Shown: positions 30,432 to 38,515 of the stretch, one piece after another | How the letters are laid out: every line of letters begins with the position of its first letter | Numbering within the stretch: the first letter of the stretch is position 1 | Sequence record: PQ593108.1 | Direction: 5' to 3' (one strand) | DNA length: 40,430 nt | From: Escherichia phage MirsaeidiM_Esher7 | The notes under the pieces: model-generated | What the model saw: only the letters and a program-made list of their open reading frames with translations | Told to the model about the DNA's origin: nothing | Databases searched by the model: none | Position numbers and translations under genes: made by a program

Positions 30432-31130
30432 TTAGAAGTCGTAGTCGCCACCGGACGCAGAGTCATCACCACCATCGGAACCATCTTCACCGAAGTCGTC
30501 AGACCCGAAGTCACCGTCAGTAGACGCTTTGTAGCCAGTACCGAGGTCTTCATCATCACCCCAGCCACCATCGCCACCCGCACCATCACCTTTCCACTCC
30601 TTCAGTTCTACCAGAAGGCAGGACTCAAGCTGGAGCTTAACGCTTGCACCAGTCGCAGCGTTCCACTTGAACGGCAGGACTTTAAACTTGACCTTCAGCT
30701 TAGACCCAGCGCCAATATTCGGGACGTCACGGATGAGTTTAGCATCGGTGTCGTAGAACCGTAATACGATAGGCTCGGACTTGCCGTCTTTAAGGTAAGA
30801 CGCAAAGCATTTAAACTTAAGGGTAACAGTACCGTCACCATTCTCAATCCACGGCATGTCGCCTTCACGCGGCTCGATAGGCTTCTTGCCACGCTGAACC
30901 TGAGGTGGGTTCTTCTCGTGGTCTGCGAGTGCTTTCGCATACGCATCGTCGTGAATCTTCTGTAAGACATCAATCATCTTACGGACCTTCGGGTTGCTCA
31001 GGTCGAATGTCAGGTTAACCTTATGCTCACCACGCTCGTTAAACTTGGTGTCTGCTTTGTTCAGCCATGCGTAAGGCTCAACGATACCAGCTACCGGAGT
31101 GGTGAAAGTCTTCAGTTGCTCTTTAGCCAT
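30432..31130 (-). CDS. single-stranded DNA-binding protein (T7 gp2.5-like)
   Basis: 232 aa (same length as T7 gp2.5) with acidic C-terminal tail ending DYDF. Confidence 0.93.
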   Translation of the reverse strand: MAKEQLKTFTTPVAGIVEPYAWLNKADTKFNERGEHKVNLTFDLSNPKVRKMIDVLQKIHDDAYAKALADHEKNPPQVQRGKKPIEPREGDMPWIENGDGTVTLKFKCFASYLKDGKSEPIVLRFYDTDAKLIRDVPNIGAGSKLKVKFKVLPFKWNAATGASVKLQLESCLLVELKEWKGDGAGGDGGWGDDEDLGTGYKASTDGDFGSDDFGEDGSDGGDDSASGGDYDF

Positions 31131-31170
31131 TGGTGTAAATCTCCTAATTTAAAAGTTACGAACTGGACGT

Positions 31171-31193
31171 CTGTCCTACAGTGATAGTTTAGG
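31171..31193 (-). promoter_or_regulatory. phage RNAP promoter variant (phi2.5-like)
   Basis: Plus-strand motif cctacagtgatagtttaggtc upstream of the SSB gene, overlapping the end of gene 2. Confidence 0.6.
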
Positions 31194-31347
31194 TCTCAGG
31201 ACGAATCCGTCCGACCACAAAACCAGCGTCCTCATACTCTTGGGACTTCAGGGTAGCCTCTTCAAGAGACTTTGCGTACAACGGAACCTCGAAGGACTGA
31301 ACGCGTCCCTCAAGCTCCACGATGTACTTCTTTTCTACGTCAGTCAT
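31189..31347 (-). CDS. host RNA polymerase inhibitor (T7 gp2-like), 52 aa
   Basis: ATG with GGAG RBS; product [52 protein letters not shown] resembles recalled T7 Gp2 (SFEVPIYAETLDEA...GFEVTRVRP). Below the ORF-track size cut-off. Confidence 0.7.
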   Translation of the reverse strand: MTDVEKKYIVELEGRVQSFEVPLYAKSLEEATLKSQEYEDAGFVVGRIRPET

Positions 31348-31434
31348 AGACCACGCTCCTTCCATTGGTTGTATAACGTAATGTAGTCTGTGTTGAGAGT
31401 CTTCTCATACATCTCCCGGCACCACTCACTTGGT

Positions 31435-31662
31435 TTAAGCATATCGGTTCACCATTACACAGTCGTCAGAATGGTCATACTCCTCTACCCTAATAATCAT
31501 ACTAGGAGTCTTCATATAAGCAAACGGTAGGAGGTCATAGTCACAATACTCACTGTGTCCTAATGAGAACGCTAACATACCCTTACGTAGCGCCTTGTAT
31601 GCTCGGTAAAAACTGAGCGCTCTACGCTTCACCCCTACAGCTTTAAGTTCTTCACGCGTCAT
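31435..31662 (-). CDS. hypothetical protein (1.8 slot)
   Basis: 75 aa, ATG with AAAGG RBS, overlaps the gp1.7 stop by 11 nt. Confidence 0.5.
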   Translation of the reverse strand: MTREELKAVGVKRRALSFYRAYKALRKGMLAFSLGHSEYCDYDLLPFAYMKTPSMIIRVEEYDHSDDCVMVNRYA

Positions 31663-32191
31663 AACACTTACCTTTATGTAGGTCGAACAGCTCCTGATAG
31701 AAGGCTGCTTTGTTCAGGTCCTTCTCCATAGTCGCCAGCTCTGACTTCTTACCAGCCCGGAGTCGATACTTCAGGACGTTACCCATGCAGAAACCACGGA
31801 ACTCGCTGACAGTCAGGGACCGAGCGATAATCTCAATGGACTCCACACCGTCAAAGACCTGATAGTGGGACGGCTTGCGTACGTCGTCGATAGCCTTAGC
31901 GTAAGGCTGGTCGTCTGTAGTAGTTACCTCTGGTTTCTCCAGTTTAGGCTTACGTATGTCCATCGCTCGGATTTCACCTAAGGTTATCTTTTTATTGATA
32001 TTTACAGGGCAGAGGTAGCAAGGGACATTATGGCAGAAAATACCGCAGCCATTCAAATCATCTGGGCGACCTTCGTTATTATCTACCAACTTAATGATAA
32101 TCTCTTGTTCAAGTGCGTTCATACTGTTAGCTCCTTTATTACAGGTGTGTGGATAACGGTCATCCTTCTCTAAGCAAGCTATACACCCCAT
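31652..32191 (-). CDS. gp1.7-like nucleotide kinase
   Basis: 179 aa; strong match to recalled T7 gp1.7 (GCIACLEKDDRYPHTCNKGAN, IIKL.DNNEGRPDDLNGCGI, GNVLKYRLRAGKKSELA). Confidence 0.85.
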   Translation of the reverse strand: MGCIACLEKDDRYPHTCNKGANSMNALEQEIIIKLVDNNEGRPDDLNGCGIFCHNVPCYLCPVNINKKITLGEIRAMDIRKPKLEKPEVTTTDDQPYAKAIDDVRKPSHYQVFDGVESIEIIARSLTVSEFRGFCMGNVLKYRLRAGKKSELATMEKDLNKAAFYQELFDLHKGKCYDA

Positions 32192-32445
32192 CAGAACACC
32201 TCCTTCACTACCTCAACGAACAGACGAACGCGAGGCCACCTAGTGTAGACCACAGGTACGTTGGACTCACGCTTCTGGAGAGCCTCTTCAGCTTTGCTCG
32301 GAGTAATCAGAGCGTAGACTGTAGGTGATAACTTAACAGCCTTCCCGAAGTAGCCCAGCTTCTCGTTGCGCTTAATGCAAGCGAACGGGTTGTGAGACAG
32401 GTGGAAGGTATTGGAATAACGGTTGAACATTAAGTTCTTAGACAT
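32191..32445 (-). CDS. gp1.6-position hypothetical protein
   Basis: 84 aa; ATG with TAAGGAG RBS; immediately downstream of a phage promoter. Confidence 0.55.
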   Translation of the reverse strand: MSKNLMFNRYSNTFHLSHNPFACIKRNEKLGYFGKAVKLSPTVYALITPSKAEEALQKRESNVPVVYTRWPRVRLFVEVVKEVF

Positions 32446-32470
32446 AGAGTCTCCTTAGGTTGTTGATGGT

Positions 32471-32493
32471 TGTCCTATAGTGATAGCTTAGTG
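32471..32493 (-). promoter_or_regulatory. phage RNAP promoter (phi1.5/1.6-like)
   Basis: Plus-strand motif cctatagtgatagcttagtg. Confidence 0.7.
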
Positions 32494-32511
32494 TCCAGCT
32501 GGTGGCCCAGA

Positions 32512-32545
32512 CGCAAAGAACCCAGCAGTCATAAGACCACTGGGT
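32512..32545 (-). terminator. TE-like intrinsic terminator after the ligase gene
   Basis: Minus-strand RNA CCCAGUGGUC-UUAU-GACUGCUGGG (10-bp stem) followed by UUCUUUG; position directly after ligase matches the T7 early terminator. Confidence 0.6.
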
Positions 32546-32555
32546 TGACGTTTAG

Positions 32556-33596
32556 TTAGCTCTTAATGGTAGGGTTATCTTCCGTCCCGCGCCACTGGTC
32601 AAACGAGGGGTGTCGCAATGAGCCATCTGGTGTCTCCTCCATGTAGGTAATCTGGCAAGCCCACCCCTTGTAGTAGTCAGGGTCTGACTTAACGTTCTCC
32701 GTGAACTCGGACATAAGGGCGCGACTAATGTTAGTTGCGGAGACCTCCATCCCGTTCTCGAGCATAACGTCGAAGCCGATGACCAGACCTTCGTTGGCTA
32801 GACCTTCAGTTCCCCATACCGGACGAACAACATGGCCGTCTGCCTCTTCGCTTGGTTTCATCTTGAACATACCTGACTTCTTGCCACGCTTCCAGCGTCC
32901 CAGTGGGTCTTTAACCACCAGACCCTCATGGCCCTCTTCTCTCTTCTTCTCATACAAGTCAGTAAGCTCGTCTAAGCTAAACACTGTATGACTCTCAGAT
33001 AGCACCCAGTCGATTTCCGGGAAGTATTTCTGGAGGAGAGGGACGATAGCTTCGGCCTTCAGGCGTGTGACGCTATGGATAGGACCTTCAGCTTTCGGGT
33101 CGAGGATGACGTTAAGGTCCACGATACCGTAGACGACTACCTTGATGTGCTTCTTGTCAAGACAGAACGGTAGATTCTCTTTCTTCCAGTTCTTACCCCA
33201 GTGCTCACCAGTTGAAAACTCAAAGTTCTTTTGCTTTACCCACTTCGTTCGGATAAGACCTGAAGATGTGTTGAAGTCTACACCTTTTACCATCACCTCA
33301 CCATCAATCATCAGGCCTGTCCCTTCGTAGCCGGATTGCTTCAGGAACCATCGCCAGTCGCTTGCCTTGGTCGCCCCAATGTCCTCACCGGATGTGTTCA
33401 TCCAGCTAAGGGAAGGAAGTGGTTTAGACTCACGGCTCAACCATTGGGTCTCGCCTGATGGGAAGACTGGAAGGTTCAACCGGACACCATCGTACTTCAC
33501 TTCAGCTTCCAGAGACCCGGCTGCTTCCAGTGCCTTCTTAATGCCATACTCAGAGTAATCTACAGCGCGGTGCGGGTTGGTTTTAATAGTTGTCAT
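32556..33596 (-). CDS. ATP-dependent DNA ligase (T7 gp1.3-like)
   Basis: Adenylation motif KYDGVR; start placed at the ATG at 33596 (MTTIKTNP..., GGAG RBS, TAATG overlap with the gene 1.2 stop) rather than the upstream ATG at 33611. Confidence 0.9.
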   Translation of the reverse strand: MTTIKTNPHRAVDYSEYGIKKALEAAGSLEAEVKYDGVRLNLPVFPSGETQWLSRESKPLPSLSWMNTSGEDIGATKASDWRWFLKQSGYEGTGLMIDGEVMVKGVDFNTSSGLIRTKWVKQKNFEFSTGEHWGKNWKKENLPFCLDKKHIKVVVYGIVDLNVILDPKAEGPIHSVTRLKAEAIVPLLQKYFPEIDWVLSESHTVFSLDELTDLYEKKREEGHEGLVVKDPLGRWKRGKKSGMFKMKPSEEADGHVVRPVWGTEGLANEGLVIGFDVMLENGMEVSATNISRALMSEFTENVKSDPDYYKGWACQITYMEETPDGSLRHPSFDQWRGTEDNPTIKS

Positions 33597-33859
33597 TATG
33601 CTTTGCTCCATGTGTCGAGATGGTCAGCGAGACCGTTGAGGTAGTCTGTTGCAGTATTATACAGCACGTCTTCATCGTAGTGTGCGAAGGTCTCAAGCGC
33701 GAAGATGTTACCAGCTCGGTCCTAAACCCTGAGTTTCATGCACTCTTGGCGTGACGTATAGTCTTGAAACTCTTGAGATATGACAGCGAAGTCTAACTGG
33801 TAGAGCCTGTTACACGCTGCCCTGAAAGCGTTGAGGTTGCCACTATAGAGTTGGCCCAT
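33596..33859 (-). pseudogene. gene 1.2 homolog (dGTPase inhibitor) interrupted by an in-frame amber codon
   Basis: The reading frame MGQLYSGNLNAFRAACNRLYQLDFAVISQEFQDYTSRQECMKLRV-TAG-DRAGNIFALETFAHYDEDVLYNTATDYLNGLADHLDTWSKA aligns with recalled T7 gp1.2 across its length, but codon 46 is TAG (plus 33722-33724). Confidence 0.6.
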
Positions 33860-33863
33860 TTGG

Positions 33864-34043
33864 TTATGCTCCTACGAAGTATTTCTCTTGGTTGATCATA
33901 GAGTCTTTACCTTCAGCATTACGGAAAGCGCCTTTGACACCACCGCCACGTTTAGTCTTGTTCAGCTTGCGGCCCTTAGGAATGTAACCTTCAGTCTGCT
34001 GACGTTCACGGATGCGCTCGAAGTTGATAGTGTTCTGATACAT
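33864..34043 (-). CDS. gp1.1-like small basic protein (59 aa)
   Basis: ATG with GGAG RBS; contains KGRKLNKTKR, shared with recalled T7 gp1.1. Below the ORF-track size cut-off. Confidence 0.7.
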   Translation of the reverse strand: MYQNTINFERIRERQQTEGYIPKGRKLNKTKRGGGVKGAFRNAEGKDSMINQEKYFVGA

Positions 34044-34073
34044 TGTTGTAGCTCCAGTTGTTTAGGTTATAGG

Positions 34074-34121
34074 GTTAATCATGAAGGCCACGACTTTGAG
34101 TCATGACCTTTAGTCTAATCC
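34074..34121 (-). promoter_or_regulatory. conserved imperfect hairpin, candidate RNase III site (R1.1 position)
   Basis: Third copy of the hairpin element, between the phi1.1-like promoter and gene 1.1. Confidence 0.4.
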
Positions 34122-34138
34122 TATAGTGATAGTTTAGG
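34116..34138 (-). promoter_or_regulatory. phage RNAP promoter (phi1.1-like)
   Basis: Plus-strand motif tcctatagtgatagtttaggtt. Confidence 0.75.
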
Positions 34139-34212
34139 TTAACCTCTTCTGCGTTGGATTAAAGTGAATACTGCGAGTGCTCCTAGCCACAAGGCCAGTA
34201 ACTGTAGGTCTG

Positions 34213-34428
34213 TCATTTGGCCTGCTCCAGCTTGGACACTGCGTCCTTCAGGTACTTCTCGTGGCTGGACTCGACCAGATCTACAAGAGTCTTGAACGGG
34301 ATGTTAAGCTGCTTGGACATCTCGGTCGGGATGACCGTGGTCTTCACCAGACCCTTGCCGTTGTGTTCTGTTACGGTCACTATTTGAGTCCCACCATTAA
34401 CGCCAGTATGCTTGTGTGCATATTTCAT
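34213..34428 (-). CDS. hypothetical protein directly downstream of the RNAP gene
   Basis: 71 aa; ATG with AGGAGAGAGAG RBS. Confidence 0.55.
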   Translation of the reverse strand: MKYAHKHTGVNGGTQIVTVTEHNGKGLVKTTVIPTEMSKQLNIPFKTLVDLVESSHEKYLKDAVSKLEQAK

Positions 34429-34442
34429 AGCTCTCTCTCCTG

Positions 34443-37124
34443 TTAAGCGAATGCAAAGTCTGAAGACAGAATGTCTTCGATATTCAGTTTACCTTTCTTC
34501 GGAAGCTCAGGCAACTTGTCGCGCTGGCTCTCATGAAGCTGGTATTCAAACTGCTCGTAGAAGTCATGCAGCACATCGTTGTCGCGGTAGGTCTCGACCA
34601 TCGTCTCACGGACACCACGGAACAGATATTCAGCGTCAGCCGGGATGGTCCCGAAGCTATCATGAATCACTGCGAATGACATCACGCCATACTTGCGATG
34701 CGTGTGGACTACAGTCTTGCGTAGGTGACTACCATCTTGTGAGTGGACGAAGTTCGGGCTAATGCCTGACTCCTGCTTGTGCTTGTCCAGCTCTTTCTTC
34801 GTGCCTTTGTTGACGGTAGGCTGAAGGTTGAATGACCCTAAGAACATCAGGTTCAAACGTGTGGTATCCTTCTTGCGGTATTCCTGCCAGACCGGGAAAC
34901 CATCAGGTGTTACCCAGTGTACCGGAAGGCAAGGCTTCAGGATTTCACCAGTCTTCTTGTCCTTCACTTCAGCAGCCAGCAGCTTGGCAGCACCCTGAAG
35001 CCACTTCATCGCGTCAACCGCAGCAACTACGGTCACGCTCACAGCTTCCCAAATCATATTAGCCATGAAGCGAGCCGCTTGGCTTGGCTCGGTGAACATA
35101 GCGCCAGACCCTGAGTCAATCGCTGGCATCACGATGTCCTCATAAACTTGGTCTGCGAAGCCGTACTCTTTCGACCCGTATGCCAGAGTCATGACTGAAC
35201 GCTTAGTGACCTTGCGTGACATACCGTATGTCAGCCACTGACGGGCCAGCTCTCGTGTCCCCAGCTTGATACGTTCGGTAATCTCACCAGTTTTCTTATC
35301 CTCGTGAGTGACCATCTCGTTGTCAGTACCGGTAATCAGCAGGACTTTAAGCTCTTCCTCAATGCGGTCAGACACGATGCGGTAGATGTCTTGGACCTCA
35401 CCGGAAGGCGTCAGGTTTACTGCATGTCCACCGATGTGATCACGAAGCATCGCGCTAAAGTGCTGAATCCCTGAGCATGACCCATCGAACGCTATCGGCA
35501 GTGAGCAGGAGTAAGACAATCCGTGGTGCATTACACCAGCATACTCGAAGCAGAACGCAAGGAAGCAGAACGGAGAGTCTAACTTACCCCACCACTCAAT
35601 GCTGTCCATCGGTGCCTTAGCAGTAGCCATGATGTTGTCGTGGTTATCTTCCACCCACTTGATGCGCTCCTCGAAGGTTACTTTATCAATACCCGCACAG
35701 TTTGCACCGTGGACCTTCAGCCATCTGAAACCGTCAGCACCAATAGGCTTACCGACTGCCAGAGTCAGGAGACCCTTCTGCATGTCGTTACCCTGAGGGT
35801 TGAACATCGGCACAGCGTAGACTCGACCGCGCCAGTCCATGTTGTATGGAAACCAGATGGCCTTGAACTGAGAGAACTTATTCGCTTGGTTGATGATAAA
35901 GCTCAGTGATAATCTGCGTGACTGTCGGGCCTTCTCGCGGCGATAGATACCAGCAGCAGCTTTCTTCCACGCCTTGAGTTCCTCTTCAGTCTCACCAGCA
36001 TAGTCCTCAGGCTTCAGCGGTTCCATCTGAGGGATGTCATCAATAGGCGTGTTGTTCAGCTTCTCGACCATGTTCACCACGTTCAATACCTTCTTGTTCA
36101 CTTTCCAAGGTGTATTTTGAATGATGTTCACAGCGTCATAGACTTCAGGCATGTACACGTCTTCATAACGTGCTACCGCAGACTTAGACCCTAAGCGAAT
36201 CAATGGTAACGGTCTGCGACCTTTGGCCCAGTACCCACCGCCTACTACACCAGTCCACGGTTTAGGTGGAACGACGCAAGGCTGATAGACTGGCGCAATA
36301 CCAGCAAGGCTGAATCCACGTTGTGCCATCTTCTTTACCCAGAAGTCTGACAGGTGGACCATCTCAACGTCAGCCGCCGCATTGCCAGCACCATAACGCT
36401 TAAGCTCTACCAGTTGTGTGGACTGGATGACAATCTCGAGCATCTTGATGCCAACGTGTACCGCTTCGGTAGGACTCCAAGTCCCCCACGCATCTTCCAG
36501 TTGGCCTTGCTCCAGCATGGATGCCTCTACAGCTTGCATGTAGGCTTTCTTGTAGGATGCCCCAGCTCGCTTGTTCAAGTTCTCAGCTATCGCCTTCTTG
36601 AAGTGCTCCTTCTCCTTGTCACGGATGCGACCGAAGCGGATTTCGTCCTCAAGTGTGCGACCTAACGCTGAGGCCATAGGTGTAATCGGTATCCCTTCAG
36701 GCTTGACCAGCTTGGAGAGTATGACCTTCAGTATGATAACCGCAGCGGACTCACAGGAGATGCGAAGAGAGCGGTCCTTGACGGCCTTCTCTTCAGTGCT
36801 CAACGTGGTGAACGCTACGCTAGGACGAGAGGTTGACAGCTTCCCGTCTGGACCTTCGTGCCACTCCTTGACGGCTTGCGCAATCTTAGGAACCAGAGTC
36901 TGCATCAAAGGCTTGGCGACCTGATTGTCTGCCAGTTCCCCTCGCTCAGTCTGTCGCTCAAGGTTCTTGATGAAACGTCGCTCGCCTTCAGTGTATGCCT
37001 CATGCTCAAGCTGAAGCTGCTTGACTGCAAGGTCTTGCCCGTAGTGGTCGGCAAGCAGGTTAAACGGCTCAATTGCGTTCGACACATCAGTGAAGTCGTG
37101 TTTGTCAATAGAGATGACGCTCAT
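34443..37124 (-). CDS. DNA-directed RNA polymerase, single-subunit (T7 gp1-like)
   Basis: 893 aa; near-collinear with recalled T7 RNAP (FNLLADHYG, PVYQPCVVPPKPWTG, IWFPYNMDWRGRVYA, DGSCSGIQHFSAML, VHSQDGSHLR, terminal DILSSDFAFA). Confidence 0.98.
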   Translation of the reverse strand: MSVISIDKHDFTDVSNAIEPFNLLADHYGQDLAVKQLQLEHEAYTEGERRFIKNLERQTERGELADNQVAKPLMQTLVPKIAQAVKEWHEGPDGKLSTSRPSVAFTTLSTEEKAVKDRSLRISCESAAVIILKVILSKLVKPEGIPITPMASALGRTLEDEIRFGRIRDKEKEHFKKAIAENLNKRAGASYKKAYMQAVEASMLEQGQLEDAWGTWSPTEAVHVGIKMLEIVIQSTQLVELKRYGAGNAAADVEMVHLSDFWVKKMAQRGFSLAGIAPVYQPCVVPPKPWTGVVGGGYWAKGRRPLPLIRLGSKSAVARYEDVYMPEVYDAVNIIQNTPWKVNKKVLNVVNMVEKLNNTPIDDIPQMEPLKPEDYAGETEEELKAWKKAAAGIYRREKARQSRRLSLSFIINQANKFSQFKAIWFPYNMDWRGRVYAVPMFNPQGNDMQKGLLTLAVGKPIGADGFRWLKVHGANCAGIDKVTFEERIKWVEDNHDNIMATAKAPMDSIEWWGKLDSPFCFLAFCFEYAGVMHHGLSYSCSLPIAFDGSCSGIQHFSAMLRDHIGGHAVNLTPSGEVQDIYRIVSDRIEEELKVLLITGTDNEMVTHEDKKTGEITERIKLGTRELARQWLTYGMSRKVTKRSVMTLAYGSKEYGFADQVYEDIVMPAIDSGSGAMFTEPSQAARFMANMIWEAVSVTVVAAVDAMKWLQGAAKLLAAEVKDKKTGEILKPCLPVHWVTPDGFPVWQEYRKKDTTRLNLMFLGSFNLQPTVNKGTKKELDKHKQESGISPNFVHSQDGSHLRKTVVHTHRKYGVMSFAVIHDSFGTIPADAEYLFRGVRETMVETYRDNDVLHDFYEQFEYQLHESQRDKLPELPKKGKLNIEDILSSDFAFA

Positions 37125-37193
37125 ACTTAAAGTCCTTGTTATTAGTCTTTCACTTAAAGTCTCTTTGGTCTTTCACTTGGAGTCTTAGACCTT

Positions 37194-37216
37194 GAGTCCT
37201 ATAGTGATAGTTAAGT
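37194..37216 (-). promoter_or_regulatory. phage RNAP promoter-like motif immediately upstream of the RNAP gene
   Basis: Plus-strand motif cctatagtgatagttaagtc with a divergent initiating region (GGACUC rather than GGGAGA); +1 is about 75 nt upstream of the RNAP ATG. Confidence 0.5.
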
Positions 37217-37221
37217 CATAA

Positions 37222-37482
37222 TTACTTGCATATCAGTGGGTTAGCGTGAAGATGACTGAAGTCACCGTGAGTCGTGTGCTTGATGGTTGACCGTTGGTCT
37301 ATCGCCTTCCAGCCTGAGACTAAAAGTTTACCATCGTCAGTGCTCGGTCGTCCACCATACGCCAGACACATCAGTTCGGACTTATGGCCCTCAGCCTCCA
37401 TGCGGCGGTGTAAGAACACGTCACGCTGTATTTGCTCTACACTGCTACGGATAGATGGTCTGTTAATGTATACGGTTTTCAT
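37222..37482 (-). CDS. hypothetical early protein
   Basis: 86 aa; ATGA overlap with the upstream nuclease gene stop. Confidence 0.5.
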   Translation of the reverse strand: MKTVYINRPSIRSSVEQIQRDVFLHRRMEAEGHKSELMCLAYGGRPSTDDGKLLVSGWKAIDQRSTIKHTTHGDFSHLHANPLICK

Positions 37483-37931
37483 TGTTGGTGTTCCCTTAAG
37501 TATTTGATTGCGTTGGATAATACCGCCTGTGAATCGTTAAACTTACCGAGGGCAAGATTACACTCCGTGCAGAGTAGACCTCGTACCTTGCCTGTTACAT
37601 GGCAGTGGTCTACCGCAAGACGCCGCTGGAGTGCGTCAGGATTTCCACATATTGCGCACACTCCTCCTTGCTCCTGAAGCATTTCTGCGTACTGAGCGGA
37701 TGTGATGCCATACCGTTTTTTTAGAGTTGAGTTAAGACACGCGTCCTTGTACGCATCTGACTTACGGTAGCGGCTTCTTAGCTCTTGCGCCATTTTCCCA
37801 GATTTATATTGAGCGATTTTCTCGTTTCGACACTTCTTGCAGTGGCCTTGGTAGCCATCTTTGTTCTTGGAGTCCTTATAGAACTCGCTCTTGGGTTTTA
37901 ATTCTCCACACTTACTACAAGTCTTACACAT
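37479..37931 (-). CDS. endonuclease VII-family (HNH-type) nuclease with N-terminal zinc-ribbon
   Basis: 150 aa; motif GGVCAICGNPDA...LAVDHCHVTGKVRGLLCTECNLALG is the Endonuclease_7 signature; N-terminal CKTCSKCG...HCKKC zinc ribbon. Confidence 0.8.
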   Translation of the reverse strand: MCKTCSKCGELKPKSEFYKDSKNKDGYQGHCKKCRNEKIAQYKSGKMAQELRSRYRKSDAYKDACLNSTLKKRYGITSAQYAEMLQEQGGVCAICGNPDALQRRLAVDHCHVTGKVRGLLCTECNLALGKFNDSQAVLSNAIKYLREHQQ

Positions 37932-38128
37932 TACAGTTTGCTCCCAAGTGTTGCTATATCCCAGACGTTCGCTAAATTGCGCACGAATCGTCCGTTAGGC
38001 TGACGTACAGTCCAGCGGCCCAGACGTACATAGTTGAATTTGTAGACTTTACGCGCCTTGTTAATGTCTCTCATCAGCACGTAGGCGATAAGTACATAGC
38101 TTATGGCTATCAATAGTGCAAGACTCAT
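37931..38128 (-). CDS. hypothetical early protein with N-terminal hydrophobic segment
   Basis: 65 aa; MSLALLIAISYVLIAYVLM then basic tail; TAATG overlap with downstream gene. Confidence 0.45.
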   Translation of the reverse strand: MSLALLIAISYVLIAYVLMRDINKARKVYKFNYVRLGRWTVRQPNGRFVRNLANVWDIATLGSKL

Positions 38129-38131
38129 AGT

Positions 38132-38299
38132 TTATCCCGCCAGTCCAATCCACATCAAGATACCGCGCACGACACCTACCGGAGAGAATATAATGTCCAC
38201 TGCCAGCCAGCCCAATCGTAATGCGTTACCATCAGTGAGCACCGCAGTAAGCCAAGATAGAATAATGGTTACGTAAAGTGCGATGATTGTAAATTTCAT
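38132..38299 (-). CDS. small hydrophobic early protein (55 aa)
   Basis: Start placed at the internal ATG (AGGAG RBS) rather than the upstream GTG at 38341; two predicted hydrophobic segments. Confidence 0.45.
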   Translation of the reverse strand: MKFTIIALYVTIILSWLTAVLTDGNALRLGWLAVDIIFSPVGVVRGILMWIGLAG

Positions 38300-38365
38300 A
38301 GTAATTCTCCTATCAATGTAAGTGGTAATCTTTGAGGCCACCTATCAGTCGTGACCTCTCGTCTA

Positions 38366-38515
38366 TCACTCAGTGTGTAAGCTGTCGTGCATACGTTTGC
38401 GGCGCTTATAGACCACCTTCAGGAGACGCATAGACTCCTCGTGGTTTAATCGCCCGGTCTTGACCATAAGCCGGGCGATGGTGACGTGGTGCTGGCAGAG
38501 ACCATAAGTTACCAT
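38366..38515 (-). CDS. small hypothetical protein (49 aa) translationally coupled to the Ocr-like gene
   Basis: ATG overlaps the Ocr-like stop (TGATG), GGAGG within the upstream coding end; basic product MVTYGLCQHHVTIARLMVKTGRLNHEESMRLLKVVYKRRKRMHDSLHTE. Below the ORF-track size cut-off; low confidence. Confidence 0.35.
   Translation of the reverse strand: MVTYGLCQHHVTIARLMVKTGRLNHEESMRLLKVVYKRRKRMHDSLHTE

Noticed and set aside
33596-33611. Upstream ATG (33611) as ligase start
   Set aside because: No RBS, and it would overlap gene 1.2 by 16 nt; the ATG at 33596 has a GGAG RBS and matches the T7 ligase N-terminus.
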